This document shows positions 1 through 11,948 of a DNA stretch of 64,000 nucleotides, in pieces. The DNA lies in NCBI GenBank assembly GCA_950097015.1, contig CATNEN010000008.1, positions 1,550,001-1,614,000 of the forward strand, written 5' to 3'. Below the pieces are notes generated by a model, which made no database searches, was not told the DNA's origin, and saw only the letters and a program-made list of their open reading frames with translations. The position numbers and the translations under genes were made by a program. Position 1 is the first letter of the stretch. Every line of letters begins with the position of its first letter. The DNA is from Macrostomum hystrix (taxonomy: Eukaryota > Animalia > Platyhelminthes).

Positions 1-162
1 CAGACAGATAAGAGGTGCTGAGAACGTACTGCGTAGCGTCACTTTATTTCAGACTTGACCTAAGCTGATTGGCCGAAAGTCCAATATAAAAATATACACC
101 AAACCCTCTGCACCTCAGACAGTCTCTAACATACAGCCGTCAGTCAAGCCTGAGGCTCCACA

Positions 163-2103
163 ATGACACTAGAAGGCTCCGCTTCGCTTACGTCATCGTC
201 GATGAAAACGGCAGAAACTCCGGCTCCCTCGTTAGTAGCGGACTTGGCTCCGGCGGCAGCCGCCATGGACTCGCAGACAACCATTCGGCTGTTGCCGTTT
301 GGCTTCGAGGAGCGAGTCAACTTCGACGCCCGCCAGGAGCTTCAGAAGACGCGTAGTCGACACTTCAAAGTGCCGCCGGCGATTCCCGACGACGACATCT
401 GGCGCAGGCCGCCGCCAGACTTTCGTCCGCAGGCCTGGGAGCCGCGACCGCCGAAGCGGAACAGCCGGGACGCCATGCAGCCTTGGCGCTTCCGACTGCC
501 CAGCGATGAGCGCTACACCGCGGCGGCTGCGGTTGCGCCAGCCGATCGTCTGCCGATGCTCGGACAAGCACATCAGCTGAAGAGGCAGCAGCAGCAGCGA
601 ATGCAGACTCTGTTCAGATTGATGCGGCCCAACACGGCCCGGCAACGCTTTGTACAGGAGGGCACCCTGCCCAGGGATCCGTACAGAACGGCCGGCCCGC
701 ACGACTTCAGGCAGGTTAGTCACCCCTGACAGAAATCAACTTTGTTGATTGTTGTTGTTGTTGACATCACTCCCTTAAGTAGTAACACTGCAACTGTCTC
801 ACACGAGCTAGATCGAAATCGAGGACTTTGTTTAAAAGAACCTAATCATTAGACACATCCTCAATGCGTTTTAAGCCCAGCAACAATAAGGGTTGAATGT
901 AGGCACACTATCATATGTGTACACGTGACCTCTGCCCGGACTTTCTCATCGTCCGGCACTATGCACTGTGCATCTCACTGTACCTCTTGTGGTTGACCCT
1001 TAAGGGCGTAAATTGCACAACAAGCCCCTCAAGCCTTCTCTCTAGGGCTGCGCCCCAACTAAATGTGGCCTCGCCGCGGATCGGAGCCGATAGACATTTT
1101 GCATGAGTGGGACGCGCTACCGTTCTACCCACTGACCCCAACGCATCACCGATTGCAGTATCCGCCGATTCAGTCGCTCGGACTCCCAGAGTTCACCACG
1201 GCAATTGAAAAGGATCCGTACAATATCCGCTTCCTGTCTAAAAATAAGGATACAAGTGAGCATTGCAATAGTCTGTTGCGTAATTGTGATCCGAGTTTTT
1301 GTGATTACTAGTCGCTCAACAGGTGTGGTAGAGCTGTACTGGTCGGAAGAACTAAAGAAATCACTAGTAAATCTAACGTCATCAGGCTAATTAAACAGTG
1401 TAAGTGGTTTGGACCACAAAATTGGTGACTCGCAACTGAGTCGGCAGTTCTGCCCATTTCACTGACTCCTGAGCACACTATGCACACAGATACCGAATGT
1501 AGGCGTTCCCAAACACATTTCTGTAACGTCTGCCCTGATGTTCTCATTGTCAGGTAGTGCACGCATTTAGGGAGCCTTCGGGGTAGGCCTTCAGTGGGGT
1601 AAATTGCTCATATGATTGTGGCCTCAACGCGGAATCGAACTCAGGGACCTGGGTGTGGGAACGCGTCAGTAGCTCACAATATAGCTAATTATGTCACTTA
1701 AGACTGATCTTAATTCACAACTAGAAAAAACTGACATAAACTTTAACTGCTCTCGATCAGTTGTTGGACCTCTTCACGAGATCAGAAACATGAGAGATGC
1801 GTCTGGCACAATGTGGTCTGCCGTTCGCCAGCCGCCTAAGTGGGATCCGAGACTCCACCTGCAGAAAAATCGATTCCCAAACACCTCGTGCGAGTACACT
1901 GTGAGTGACGAATTTCTTTTTGTGAACAATCTTTCTAAAAAATAAGTAAGAAAATGTTAACCCGAACGGACCAATTCCTACAGCGCTATCGACCTCAAAA
2001 TCGCAACCCGTTCGAGGGCTTCATGGACACGGTGGAAGCTGGTCTGGAGAAACGCTGGCTAGATGAGAAATTAGCCAAGTCCACTGACCTTCAAGCTGCC
2101 TGA
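163..2103 (+). CDS. C7orf78-like uncharacterized protein, 4 exons (163-714, 1159-1255, 1761-1900, 1984-2103), about 302 aa; ATG 265 is an alternative start
   Basis: Phase-consistent GT-AG introns give PHDFRQ|YPPIQSLGLPEFTTAIEKDPYNIRF...WDPRLHL...EYT|RYRPQNRNPFEGFMDTVE. This matches, from memory, the vertebrate C7orf78 motifs PHDFRQY..LPNFETTYEKDP and WDSKL...YTRHRR...AFMDRVE. Confidence 0.75.
895..1097 (-). mobile_element. SINE family 1 fragment in C7orf78-like intron 1
   Basis: Reverse complement of the family body (CTGCCCGGACTTTCTCATCG; CCCTTAAGGGCGTAAATT). Confidence 0.7.
1400..1672 (-). mobile_element. SINE family 1 diverged copy in C7orf78-like intron 2
   Basis: Minus-strand B box GAGTTCGATTCC (1631-1642) and family body. 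Confidence 0.7.
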
Positions 2104-3202
2104 ATCCATGCGTCGATTGGATTTAGATCGAATTATGTTCTGGACTAAAATAATGTCCTTGCTTTATTTTTTCAAAAGTTTTTATATAAACCCTCAGATC
2201 TCTGTTAAGAAACACTTATTTGAATTGAGTTTTGATGAAGCGTCCTAACTTACAAATATACTTCACAACACGTTTTTTTTAAATAAACTTATATTGAGGA
2301 CTATAAAAGAATTATAATTATTTTCTAAATTTCAACAAATTTTTCGCATTTTTCTGCTGTCGCACAGTCTCTGACGCATGCAGCGATTTTGCAAAGAAGC
2401 TCATGATTGGCTTGTAATTTTTGTCGCAGTTCTTTTGCCGACCTTCCCAATCCCTGCTCGATCAACAAATACCCATTCAAAAGTTTCGCCGAATAGAAAT
2501 AATGCCGTTATAACCTCGATTGAAATATTGACGCTTTCTATCATTGACCAGGTCATTATGTGCATTTGGCTCCTAAAATGTGGCTTCTCCAGCAGCTATC
2601 GTACCCCAGCTAAAACCTGAATCGCTGATGAGATTATGTAAATGATCTGCATAAGATCCAGCCCAATTTAATTATTAAACTTAGCCTAATTATTACGAGC
2701 TCTGCCTGGATTTGAGTCCAAGCTGTCAGCACACATTTTGGACCAGTTACATTAATACGACGAACATGCATACCAAAGCAAGGACCACTAGAAGAAGTTC
2801 TCTAGTGGTCGTCTTCTAGGGGTCCTAAACTAAACTCGCTAGACACACGACATATGGCCACATAGCATACTGCTATTTCTTAATTACTGAATCAAAATCT
2901 TTCTTTATTAGTCTATTCTTTAAACTCTAGTAAGCTTTTGACGTGACGTTGGTAAGATTTTTATTGTGTAATTTAAATTGAATTAAATGTGCTTTGTTAG
3001 TTTATATACTTACTTAGCACATTTTTTCAAAAGCTACTCAGTACAGACGCATCATTCGACCAAAAATTTTCTGTAATTTACTCTGTTCTTTATTCAAACA
3101 CGTTTCGTCGATCAGTTTTGCTTCGTTCTGACACTACTCAGTCAAAATTATTTGAATTAACTTTACATCCCATATTTACTATCACTCCAAGCCCACATAA
3201 CA

Positions 3203-6200
3203 ATGGCTTCGGGTAGTAGTGCAGGATTTGATCGACATATAACAATTTTTTCTCCTGAAGGCCGGTTGTACCAAATTGGTGAGTGTGAAGGATTAGCTAG
3301 ATAATCTTTAGTAACAGTGTTTGCGTCCTTTCCCGTCATCAATATTTTCTCATCAATATGTTTGAAATATTATATTAATAAGAAATGTCTAGCTAGTCAT
3401 ATGCATGATATGGTCCTAATATTTTTCAAGCAATTAAGTAATAATTATTAGCCTTTTTGTAGCAGCTAGCTAGTTAACTTTGGCTTAATTCAAATTCAAA
3501 GGTGTAATAAAGTAGAAACTCAATTTTTTTAAATGATATTATTTGAATTTATCTAATCAGATATACAAAAAATTAAAATTTTGCTCATTATTTATTGTTA
3601 TTTACTCAAATGGCTTATATTGTATCAACTCTTTTCTATAGTCTAGATCATACTGGGTGCAACAGACTCTAGCCTCAGAAAAAATCATAAGGCTAGAGTG
3701 CCATTCACTCTATAATGACAAATTTTTTTGCACATTAAGATATTTTGTTAACAAAACTTGATAAATGAATTGGGCTATGAATCAAAGCCATTTTATCTTG
3801 TCAATAACCTTTCTTTACTTATTCTATTAGTCATTAGTGCTATATGCCTATATGTATTCCAGTCTCATGTTCTCCACCTAACACATTTTACCCACCTTGA
3901 ACACTAATTGTGTATACCAATAACTCAAGGTAAGACAAGTGCATGCCAACCATGCATGCCAAAATAGGTAGGCAACACCAATACATGCCTAAATTTTTGG
4001 CATATAGGCTTTACTACATGATCCTAACTATGGCTCATCTTATCCATAGCTAGTTCAAAATGTAACATTGTGGACCTGAATTAACCATTTTTAACACAGA
4101 AATGTGTAATGTGTGCTGATACTGAAGATCACTTTGTGTACCATACAACAAGAAAGAAAACAGGCTGTGTAAATTCTAAACCACTTTTTGTGTTATGCAG
4201 TTTTACTATGCAGCTTGCATAGGCCTAGCTTTTGTAAACTGCATGCTTAAATAAGATACTCAGTTGGCAGATTCACAACAGTAAAGCACTGTTTTACTGT
4301 CCAGTTAGAAGCTTTTATGCACCATTAGCACAATTATAATTAATCTATTTACATTTGCTAATCTAAATTACTTTTACTTAGTCTATTTTAACTGTTAGAT
4401 TACATTTCATTATTTATAATTCATTGGATTGATAGTAATAGTTTGATTCTAGTTTGTGTACCTCAGTAAAATCAGGGCTAGGATACAACCTTTTAAGCAA
4501 TTCTACAGGAATGTACTATTTCTCAAACACTATAATTAGACTATGATCTTGTTCATACTTTTTTAGTTTATTTGAATTGCTTATCCTCATTTTTGTCCCA
4601 TACCTGTTATAATTACAATAGTATTCAGTCTTGTAGGCATTGACTCTGGGTCTCAACACATGGTCATCATAATGTAACAATTAGTTCTTTGCTGCTCGGG
4701 GGAAATTTGTTCTCTGCTGCTGGGGGGACATTAGTTATCTGCTGCTGGGGGGAATAAGTCCTCTGCTGCTGGGGGGGGGAGAATTAGTTCTTTGCTTCTG
4801 GGGGGGAATTAGTTATCTGCTGCTGGGGGGGGGAATTAGATCTCTGCTGCTGGGGGGGAATTAGATCTCTGCTGCTGGGGGGAATTAGATCTCTGCTGCT
4901 GGGGGGGAATTAGATCTCTGCTGCTGGGGGGGAATTAGTTTTCTGCTGCTGGGGGGGAATTAGATCTCTGCTGCTGGGGGGGAATTAGATCTCTGCTGCT
5001 GGGGGGGAATTAGTTTTCTGCTGCTAGGGGGGGAATTAGATCTCTGCTGCTGGGGGGGGGAATTAGATCTCTGCTGCTGGGGGGGAATTAGATCTCTGCT
5101 GCTGGGGGGGAATTAGTTTTCTGCTGCTGGGGGGGAATTAGTTCTCTGCTGCTGGGGGGGGGAATTAGTTTTCTGCTGCTGGGGGGGAATTAGTTTTCTG
5201 CTGCTGGGGGGGAATTAGTTTTCTGCTGCTGGGGGGGAATTAGTTTTCTGCTGCTGGGGGGGAATTAGTTTTCTGCTGCTGGGGGGGAATTAGTTCTCTG
5301 CTGCTGGGGGTAATTAGTTTTCTGCTGCTGGGGGGAATTAGTTCTTTGCTGCTGGGGGGAATTAGATCTCTGCTGCTGGGGGGGGAATTAGTTCTTTGCT
5401 GCTGGGGGGAATTATTTCTTTGCTGCTTGGGGGAATAAGTTCTCTGCTGCTGCTGTCTGAACAGTTGTGCCCCCAAGGGGGGCTTAGTGTGCTAGTTGTT
5501 TCTAAATGCTTATATTACACCCAAATATAACATACTAAAGTAGTTTAAAGTCTGACTTTAACATATTAGTTTGATTTTGTTTACACTGAACTAAAACTTA
5601 GTCTGTGATGATGCCACATGCATAAGCTGGTTCTTCAATCATATAACTTGTCTTGAGTTTGATCAGCTTCTGTTGTTTAGTCTGGGGGCCTTATTGTTAG
5701 AAGGCATCTGATGTCATGTCATCATAATGAGAGTTTTAGTCACACGTTCTCACTTTAACACTCCCGCCAATCCAATCCTAACAGAGTATGCCTTCAAAGC
5801 TATCAATATTGATGGCTTAACCTCCGTTGGTGTGCGCGGCACCGATTGTGTAGTTCTCGGTTCGCAGCGAAAAGTTCCAGACAAGCTGATTGTGGCGGAC
5901 AGTGTCAGTCGGCTGTTTAACCTAACAGACAGTGTCGGCTGTCTCATGACTGGCCTGCTGGCCGACTGTCGTTCCCAGGTGCGTCGGGCTCAGTTTGAGG
6001 CGGCCAAATTTAAGAACCGACACGGCTATGAGATGCCGTGTGACGCTTTGGCTCAACGGATGGCCGATCTGGCTCAGGTGAGTTTGGGTTAGATTTGTAA
6101 ATGCTTTCACACAGATTTTATCTGTATTGAAAAATTTCACACAGTAAGTTGTAGCTATTTTTTAGCTATAGCGAGATATCTCACAGTGAGATCCAGGTGT

Positions 6201-6951
6201 CTCACGGTGAGGTCCAGGTGTCTCACGGTGAGGTCCAGGTGTCTCACGGTGAGGTCCAGGTGTCTCACGGTGAGGTCCAGGTGTCTCACGGTGAGGTCCA
6301 GGTGTCTCACAGTGAGATCCAGGTGTCTTACGGTGAGGTCCGGGTGTCTCATGGTGAGGTCCAGGTGTCTCACGGTGAGGTCCTGGTGTCTCATGGTGAG
6401 ATCTAGGCGTCTCGGTGTCAATGAGATTCGGTTGTGAAATCCAATGCCCCACCCTCTGCGGTCTCGCCAGGTGAACACCCAGAGCGCCGGCATGCGTCCA
6501 CTAGGCTGCTCCATGCTCTACGCCGGCTTCGACGAAGAGCTTCAACAGCCGATGCTGTTCAAAACCGATCCGTCCGGCTTTGTTGCCGGCTATCGCGCCT
6601 GCGGTGTTGGCGCCAAGCAAATGGAAGCGAAAAACTACCTGGAGAAGAAGATCAAGAAGAAGTCCGATTATAGCCTAGACGAGGCCATAGAAATAGTCGT
6701 CAACTGTCTGTCGCATGTGCACAGTATGGACTTTAAGCCGAGCGAAATCGAAATCGGAGTTGTTACTAAGGAGTCGCCTAAATTCCGGTTCGTGTTCATT
6801 TTCTGACGATTTTCTGTTGTTGATAAAAAATTGATAATAAATGAGTCGAGGATGCTCGATAAAATAGCCTTCCAATATTCGTTTTCATTTCAGGGCCCTT
6901 ACTGAATCGGAGATTGAGCACCATCTCACTCGCATAGCCGAGAAGGACTAA
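3203..6951 (+). CDS. PSMA6: Proteasome subunit alpha type-6 (alpha-1), 4 exons (3203-3278, 5785-6077, 6471-6787, 6894-6951), 247 aa
   Basis: Begins [33 protein letters not shown], the alpha-1 signature, and ends [11 protein letters not shown]...IAEKD*. All intron phases are consistent. Confidence 0.97.
4690..5455. repeat. About 25-bp minisatellite CTCTGCTGCTG(6-9)AATTAGAT in PSMA6 intron 1
   Basis: Direct tandem copies with variable-length G runs. Confidence 0.95.
6170..6410. repeat. 21-bp minisatellite TCTCACGGTGAGGTCCAGGTG in PSMA6 intron 2
   Basis: About 11 tandem copies. Confidence 0.95.
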
Positions 6952-7564
6952 GTGGCTTTCTCCCGATGTGTTAACATCGTGCGGAAGCTCCAGTTTCTGA
7001 TTTGTGTGTTTTCTTAAATTTAGCAAAATGTTTTTTTCGACTCGTAAGAGAACTTTAAAGTGAGGTGGAATTAATACTTTAATGTTATGTATGCATAGGC
7101 CAATGTAAAACACTACTGGTAGTAGCAACTGTGTGCGTTATTTCTTAATTGTGCTGAACACAGATTGGTCAATGAATAGCTAGTTTTATGAGTTGCCATT
7201 TCCAATACTACTTAGTAATTATTCCGTAGTAAAAAAAGGCAAGTCAAGAACTAAGAATAGCAATGACCAATCCAGTTTTCGCTATCCGTAATAGCGCCCT
7301 ATCCCGAGTGACCTACTTAGATAGTAGGCACTAAAATATGTTTTTATATATGACTGTCAAATTATATTGCCTGCTTATTAACGTTTCAAACCTAAATAAT
7401 TATTTAAACATAGTAATGTTTTGTAGGTGCGAATATAAGCCAATGTTGAAAAAATACATACAAATAAGACAGGTCCTTGTACCTTATTAATAGCTTCTTT
7501 GCTTCTATTTACAAATTCTGCGTTGCTTTTTATTTTTTACTTTATTTGGTCAGGAAATCCTGTT

Positions 7565-8845
7565 AGCTTTCCATTCCTTCTGGGTCTCCGCTATGAGCCT
7601 TCCATTCCTTCTGAGTCTCCGCTATGAGCCTTCCATTCCGTCTGAGTCTCCGCTATGAGCCTTCCATTCCTTCTGAGTCTCCGCTATGAGCCTTCCATTC
7701 CTTCTGGGTCTCCGCTATGAGCCTTCCATTCCTTCTGAGTCTCCGCTATGAGCCTTCCATTCCTTCTGAGTCTCCGCTATGAGCCTTCCATTCCTTCTGA
7801 GTCTCCGCTATGAGCCTTCCATTCCTTCTGAGTCTCCGCTATGAGCCTTCCATTCCGTCTGAGTCTCCGCTATGAGCCTTCCATTCCGTCTGAGTCTCCG
7901 CTATGAGCCTTCCATTCCTTCTGGGTCTCCGCTATAAGCCTTCCATTCCTTCTGGGTCTCTGCTATGAGCCTTCCATTCCTTCTGGGTCTCCGCTATGAG
8001 CATTCCATTCCTTCTGGGTCTCCGCTATGAGCATTCTATTCCTTCTGGGTCTCCGCTATAAGCCTTCCATTCCTTCTGGGTCTCTGCTATGAGCCTTCCA
8101 TTCCTTCTGGGTCTCCGCTATGAGCATTCTATTCCTTCTGGGTCTCCGCTATGAGCCTTCCATTCCTTCTGGGTCTCTGCTATGAGCCTTCCATTCCTTC
8201 TGGGTCTCCGCTATGAGCCTTCCATTCCTTCTGAGTCTCCGCTATGAGCCTTCCATTCCTTCTGAGTCTCCGCTATGAGCCTTCCATTCCGTCTGAGTCT
8301 CCGCTATGAGCCTTCCATTCCTTCTGGGTCTCCGCTATGAGCCTTCCATTCCTTCTGAGTCTCCGCTATGAGCCTTCCATTCCTTCTGAGTCTCCGCTAT
8401 GAGCCTTCCATTCCGTCTGAGTCTCCGCTATGAGCCTTCCATTCCTTCTGGGTCTCCGCTACTAAGCCTTCCATTCCTTCTGGGTCTCCGCTACTAAGCC
8501 TTCCATTCCTTCTGGGTCTCCGCTATGAGCCTTCCATTCCTTCTGGGTCTCCACTATGAGCATTCCATTCCTTCTGGGTCTCCGCTATGAGCCTTCTATT
8601 TCTCCTGGGTCTCCGCTATAAGCCTTCCATTCCTTCTGGGTCTCGGCTATGAGCCTTCCATTCCTTCTGGGTCTCGGCTATGAGCATTCTATTCCTTCTG
8701 GGTCTCCGCTATGAGCCTTCCATTCCTTCTGGGTCTCGGCTATGAGCATTCTATTCCTTCTGGGTCTCGGCTATGAGCATTCTATTCCTTCTGGGTCTCC
8801 GCTATGAGCATTCTATTCCTTCTGGGTCTCCGCTATGAGACCCAT
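7565..8845. repeat. 31-bp minisatellite CCTTCCATTCCTTCTG(A/G)GTCTCCGCTATGAG
   Basis: About 41 tandem copies. Confidence 0.97.
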
Positions 8846-9989
8846 GGAAGGCTTATAGCTTGAATAGGTGCCACAAAAATTGATTTTTTCTTAAATTTAA
8901 CAGCACATTTGCAATCATATGAAGTAGAAATAGTAGCCAAGTGAACAGCGGTATGTCTTACCTTTTTCTATTCTATAATACTCAATCGGAACACTGTTAA
9001 TCCAGATTATCGATCAAAGTATGTTTGCGTTTTATCGCATGCGACTGGGGTCGTAAATTTAACTGGGCAACAGAAAATAGCTGTGCGTGAGTGGATTGGA
9101 AACAAAGTCTTATAAGCTGAAATCTACTCGTAAAATATTAAATTTTTTGGCGTTTCTGTCTTTGAGATTTTGTTCAGTTTAGCCTGAATTAGCCTTTATA
9201 GCCTTATGTGGGCTTTTTCCTATGGCAAATCTGCAGAGATCAGAATCTGTAGATTGGCTCTCACTCACTGTCTGAAACAAATCTGAATCTTTAGATTAAC
9301 TATATTTCCGAGATCCCACTGCTTAGCATTCGTGAACTATTTGGCACTTTCAATCAAAGTACGAGTATCTAGCGAAATTACTAAAATGGCATCGAATTTC
9401 ACGCAAATCTTAATTCACCTTGTGAGACCTATTGAGTTTAGTTACTCGAGTTAGTAGGTTTTAACAATACTATTAGACACCAAAAGTTAGAATGCATCCA
9501 GTCAAGATGATCTTGGAATTGTAAACTTATATGGAAACATCTAAACTCGTATACTACGAGTAGTAAACACAGCGGATGACACTTAATGGCCCTAATCTGA
9601 ATCAATAATTAATTGCTTGTATATTGTTTCTGTTCAGCCTTTTATTGCTTATTTTAGATTGAGTAAATAATGCATGTAAACCCGCCTATATGCACTGTTT
9701 GCTATCACGCCATTCGTCTGAAGTTACTTGGTCTAAGATTTAGTATTAGAATCTACCTCGAGTAAGATGCGCCTGTGGAACTCGATTAGCAGTACTGGAA
9801 GGTAGGCCAGGGTACAAGTTAGCTGTGGCTTAAACAGTGCAAGTAGATTAGTCAGTAATAGATTAGCTTGATATGCGTTATTGCAAGTATGACAGCTTGG
9901 TTTTGAGCATATATCTTATATTCCTAATATAAGGAGGTCGACTTCCGCGCTTTTGATGTTCGGGTGGTCGACGACCACCCTGTTTGGTG

Positions 9990-11330
9990 GCCGTGACCAC
10001 ATGGGAGTGGTTGTTGCGTAGCTCCTGCTGAATCGCCTCGGCGTCGATCATCAGCGTAGCCAAATTATCTGCCTAGCCCCAGCGGTGAAGTCTGCTGAAC
10101 ACAGTCAGCTTCTGAGGTTACCGCGTCATGCGAACGGACGTCTAGCAATGCCACTTCGTCATGCAGGTCCGCGTGTTGCTCCATCGGGCAAGCGCGCCGC
10201 AGGCAACTGGCCGCAGATGTTTAAACATTAACGGGCAGAGCCCGTCTTGACCCATGGCTTTCGACGCCTTCATGCCGGCAATGCGTTTGGCTGTTTGATC
10301 GGCCGAGAATGACAGTGGGTTCTCACCGACCTCTCCGACCGGCGGAGAAAGCGGGTGTCCTTGTACGAGTGTGCGGCCTCGGGCTCGTGAACTGTTTGTT
10401 GAATTTATTGGCTTTTGCCGCGCCTGAGCCGGCCGGCCGTTACACTTGGTATTGACGGTCGGATATGATGGCTCTTTGCCGCTTGAGCCGCTTTAGCGTG
10501 GACCAGAGGTTTCACGTTCTGGCGTGGCTTGTGAGGCTGCTGGCGAATTCCCTCCACTTCGCTCTCTTGTCTTCGTCGTAGCGTTGTTTGGTGTCGTTGT
10601 TGAGGGCAGGGATCAGCTTACTGGTGGTTCGCAAATGATCTCAGAATTTTGTCAGATCGGCCACAAGAACGACTGAAGTATCGTTTATAGTTAAGTAGTA
10701 TTTGAGTAGTTTAGTAGTTAGTACTTACATCTACTTAAGTAGTCCTTAAACGGCCACTCCGGGCGGCGCCGCCGGTTTCTGGGTCTGGAATCTGCCTTTT
10801 TGGATGGCCTTCTTCACTGCCGAAAGGATGTGACTTGCCCTCTAACTGCGATCTCATCGATCAGTGGGTTGCCCGTGAGCGCCAAGGCGTTACAGGAAGA
10901 CTGCTGAGCCATTGAAGAGCGCCCAATACGCTTTGGTGAAGTTCATGAACACCTTGCGTGCCGCGCAAGGAGGCGGCTGGGCAGTAGGCCAAGTGCATAT
11001 GATTGGAAGATGGTCGCTCGACAGGGCCGCATGAATTTCGCAGGTGGCTGAGAGCAGCAGGTCCTGGTGGATGATTTTGACGTCCGGCGTCGAACTGCGG
11101 CCTGCGTTTGGAGCCCATGACTGTTCTGGCACTGAAATAAAATCAATGAGGCTGTTCTCCACCTCCGCGGCAATCAGGTCACCCCTGGGAGTAGCCTCGA
11201 GCTCCGACTCCCATGCCGGGTGACGGGCATTAATGTCATCCGCAATATTGTGACATTGTGCACTTTGATTTTTGTTGGCGTCAAGAAAGGCTTGAAGCTC
11301 CGTCCGTTTGTTTGGAAGGTTCGGCCAGAG
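9990..11330 (-). mobile_element. Decayed non-LTR retrotransposon ORF2 (APE endonuclease plus partial RT)
   Basis: Minus-strand fragments SSDHLPII (EN), LWSTLKRL/KANKFNKQF (linker), MKASKAMGQDGL (RT start) and FGYADD, interrupted by stops and frameshifts. Confidence 0.8.
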
Positions 11331-11948
11331 GCGGGCAATGAAAGGCTGGGTCTGTTGGCCAGTAATGCGCGATCTCTGGCTTCTTATCGATGCCCATCAG
11401 CAAAATTATGCCTTCCAGCTTCCGAGCTTCATCCGCAGTTTCGCCAGTTCAGCACCTGCTTTGGCACGGCATCCAATGTCTCGACCTCTTGAAAAGGTCT
11501 GCCAAGCTCTCGAATTTGTCCATCAGCTGATGTCTTCGAAAAGCTGATCAGTCAGAAACAATTTCAGGAAGCATTAGATGTGAAAACATCTAAATAGAAT
11601 CAAATATGAAGCAGATTTGCAACAGTTCCAAAAATCTCTTGAATTTGAGAGTAGATTCTCAAATTCCCTGTCCTGTATTCCTAAAGCACAGGGAATTCCG
11701 CTTCACATTGGTTAATCAATGTTAACATTGTGACTAGCCAACAGAAACGCGGCTACAAATGTGTGCCCATTCAGCTCAGTAGAGATAGAGCACGAGAAAG
11801 ATTAGTATACAAACACAAAATGCAACTAAAAAATGCGATGCTTCAAGTAAGTTTAGCGGAGAGAATACATAACCGAAGGAAGGAAATTCTGATATCTATT
11901 ATCAACGAATTCATCCTAGTTTTAATCAGGACGTCTGCTGCGGCAAGC

